Below are positions 62,049-64,000 of a stretch of 64,000 nucleotides of DNA, piece by piece. Position 1 is the first letter of the stretch. The number at the start of each line of letters is the position of its first letter. Under the pieces are notes generated by a model. The model saw only the letters and a list, made by a program, of their open reading frames with translations. It had not been told where the DNA came from and did not search any database. The translations under genes were made by a program, and so were the position numbers. The DNA comes from Malacoraja senta. Lineage: Eukaryota. Where the stretch lies: contig CM075990.1 in NCBI GenBank assembly GCA_038087875.1, positions 14,696,001 through 14,760,000 of the forward strand, written 5' to 3'.

Positions 62049-62970
62049 TTGGAGTTTGGAATGCTCTAAATCTCCTCTATGGGCAATGAAATACCACTTT
62101 GGTGTATGCAAGATGGTCAACTAACATATGGTTGTAGTTTTTATACATTAAACCAATTTAAAAAACATTCTTTACAAGGGAACATACAAATAATTAGAAT
62201 TTAAGCAGCATCTTTCATAACTTCACTGCACCAAAGAACATAATGGCCAATGGCACTCATATGATTTATTTACCAAGTCTAGAAATGACAGCAGATAGTT
62301 TTTACAGGCCATTTTCCCAGAATAGCATTGTGAAAATGAGCCAGTGATCTGGATTTTTCTGATGTTTGTGGGCCTTTAGATATTGACTCAAGCATTGGAA
62401 TAAGTTCCCCTGCTGTCCTTCAAATTTTTGCTGGTATCCTTTGCATCCCATCAGAAGGTAGACACTGTTGCTATTTACAAACTTGTACAAAGGATAGTAT
62501 GTCTGACATACAGGTAGCACTGCGCTACCTGTGATGTGAAGTGTCCATCCTGTGCTAAAAATCAGCTGAAGTGAAAGTTAAACCTGCAGCCTACCTTGGA
62601 AAAAGCGCGCGTTGAATAATTGTTTCAGTTCTGTCATCAACCTCTTTTCCCAAGGAGCAATTATCATTTGCATGCTTCCCCTTGCTGATGCCATCAAGAA
62701 ACTTTAAGCTTTCATCATCCCTATTTCCTTCGCCTTTTTTGATGTCTCCAGTAAATTCTGCTGCAAAATTGCATTTAATATTAATCATCATGTCATTCTC
62801 TTGAAGTAATCTTTGAAAAGTGAACATGTTCCCTGGATCTTGCTTCTCTTAGTCACTCTTTTACCAAGCCTTTTGTGGCTTCCTCTTATCTACTTGTGTG
62901 TCAAGTTGAAAGATTCTATCGGTGACATTCCAATAGGCTCCTTGGGATGTTGCACTATGTTAAATGTGCC

Positions 62971-63024
62971 ATGTTAAATATGTTAAATATATGTTAAATA
63001 TATGTTAAATATGTTAAATATATG
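62971..63024. repeat. Short tandem repeat of ATGTTAAAT(AT)
   Basis: About five units seen directly. Confidence 0.8.
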
Positions 63025-63170
63025 CCAACTGTCCAGTTGTCCATGGTCATGTGACCATTTCTAACCATCAGTGGGTTGGCCTAGTGGAATGCGCATACCA
63101 AATCAAGTTCGATAGCAATATTGGTGATGAAGGAACCTTTAGTCTATGAAATATTGAGTTCCTCCTATCG

Positions 63171-63380
63171 AATTGAATTGAAAGACACAGAATGGAAACA
63201 GGTCCTTCAGCCCACCGAGTTCACCGACCATCGATCACTCGTTCACACAAATTCAAATTGATCCCACTTTCCATCCTCTCCCTACACACTAGAGGCAAAT
63301 TTGCAAAGGTTAATTAACCTACAAACCCACACATCTTGGGATGTGGGAGGAAACACAGTGAGAACCCATGCAGTCACACA
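63171..63380 (-). mobile_element. HE1-like V-SINE 3' half
   Basis: Same family, with a (CAATT)n-type tail. Confidence 0.7.
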
Positions 63381-64000
63381 TGAGCACCTCTTACCGAACG
63401 ATGTTCCATTCAGATTTCAACTAATTACTTCTTGGAAATGGTCCCAATATATTCAGAAAAGTATTTTGCAATTTAACAAAATCTTAATCATTTTCTGCTA
63501 CATGTGAAATGAATGCATATAGTTCGACATGGTATTAAAACCAAATGTATTCTTTGTTTTACAAATGAGAGACAAATGCAATTGTTTTTTAAACAGAACT
63601 TCTGCAAACTGAGACAAGTATTGTCAGTCCGGCATTTTCAAGCCATAACATATTATCTGCCAACTTTTTATGATTTGTTTAGTTTGTTGGTATTAAGATA
63701 TTTCCTTGTCTGTTGTTGCATTGGCCATTGTTACAGTCATTAAGGAAGAGAAAGTTATCACTTGGCATGTTTGGGAACATTTTTATTCAACATGAAATAA
63801 TTCTGCAATCACAGGCACATCAGTGTCGTGCCTGCACAATCATTTTTGTGGCACACTGCAGCTTCAGACAGACTTGTATTACTGAGCAAGCTTATTCTGG
63901 GAACTGCAGCTCTGTCAGCACATATTCTGCACCCAGGCAAACATTGAAGGATGGCTTCTCATCAAGATGAGACAAAAAAGAAAAATGTGCATGAAGGTGT

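Larger units (their letters stand above)
13376..64000 (+). other. LRMDA: LRMDA intron 2 (partial; probably runs past the window end)
   Basis: GT donor at 13376. I saw no SLEGL...LEELILDNN-like exon 3 by eye. This intron is known to be very large in mammals. Confidence 0.7.

Noticed and set aside
13376..64000. LRMDA exon 3
   Set aside because: No segment encoding SLEGL...LEELILDNN with splice sites was found by eye. A tBLASTn would be needed to exclude it.

Overview
Eukaryotic (vertebrate) genomic DNA. The repeat content (HE1-type V-SINEs, CR1/HER1, L2, Rex1/Babar, Penelope-like elements) points to a cartilaginous fish, probably a skate or ray (inference). The window holds the first two coding exons of LRMDA (C10orf11) on the + strand (96/105-146 and 13275-13375). 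The rest is intron 1 and the start of a very large intron 2, filled with transposon fragments and several repeat-free blocks that are candidate conserved non-coding elements. The most notable observation is two short, non-coding, TSD-flanked retroposons (5799-6075 and 7716-7889, both minus strand). Each begins exactly with a sequence that folds as a minimal HDV-like self-cleaving ribozyme. The first ends in a tail identical to the 3' end of a Vingi/Ingi-type LINE fragment in the same window (3792-4187), and the second has a similar tail. Also present are many Penelope-derived hairpin insertions carrying hammerhead-like cores, two Harbinger-type MITEs with the same TIR, a hAT MITE and two near-perfect AT-rich palindromes. 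Almost all ORFs in the supplied track are spurious or transposon-derived. Family names come from recalled consensus features, not a database search.
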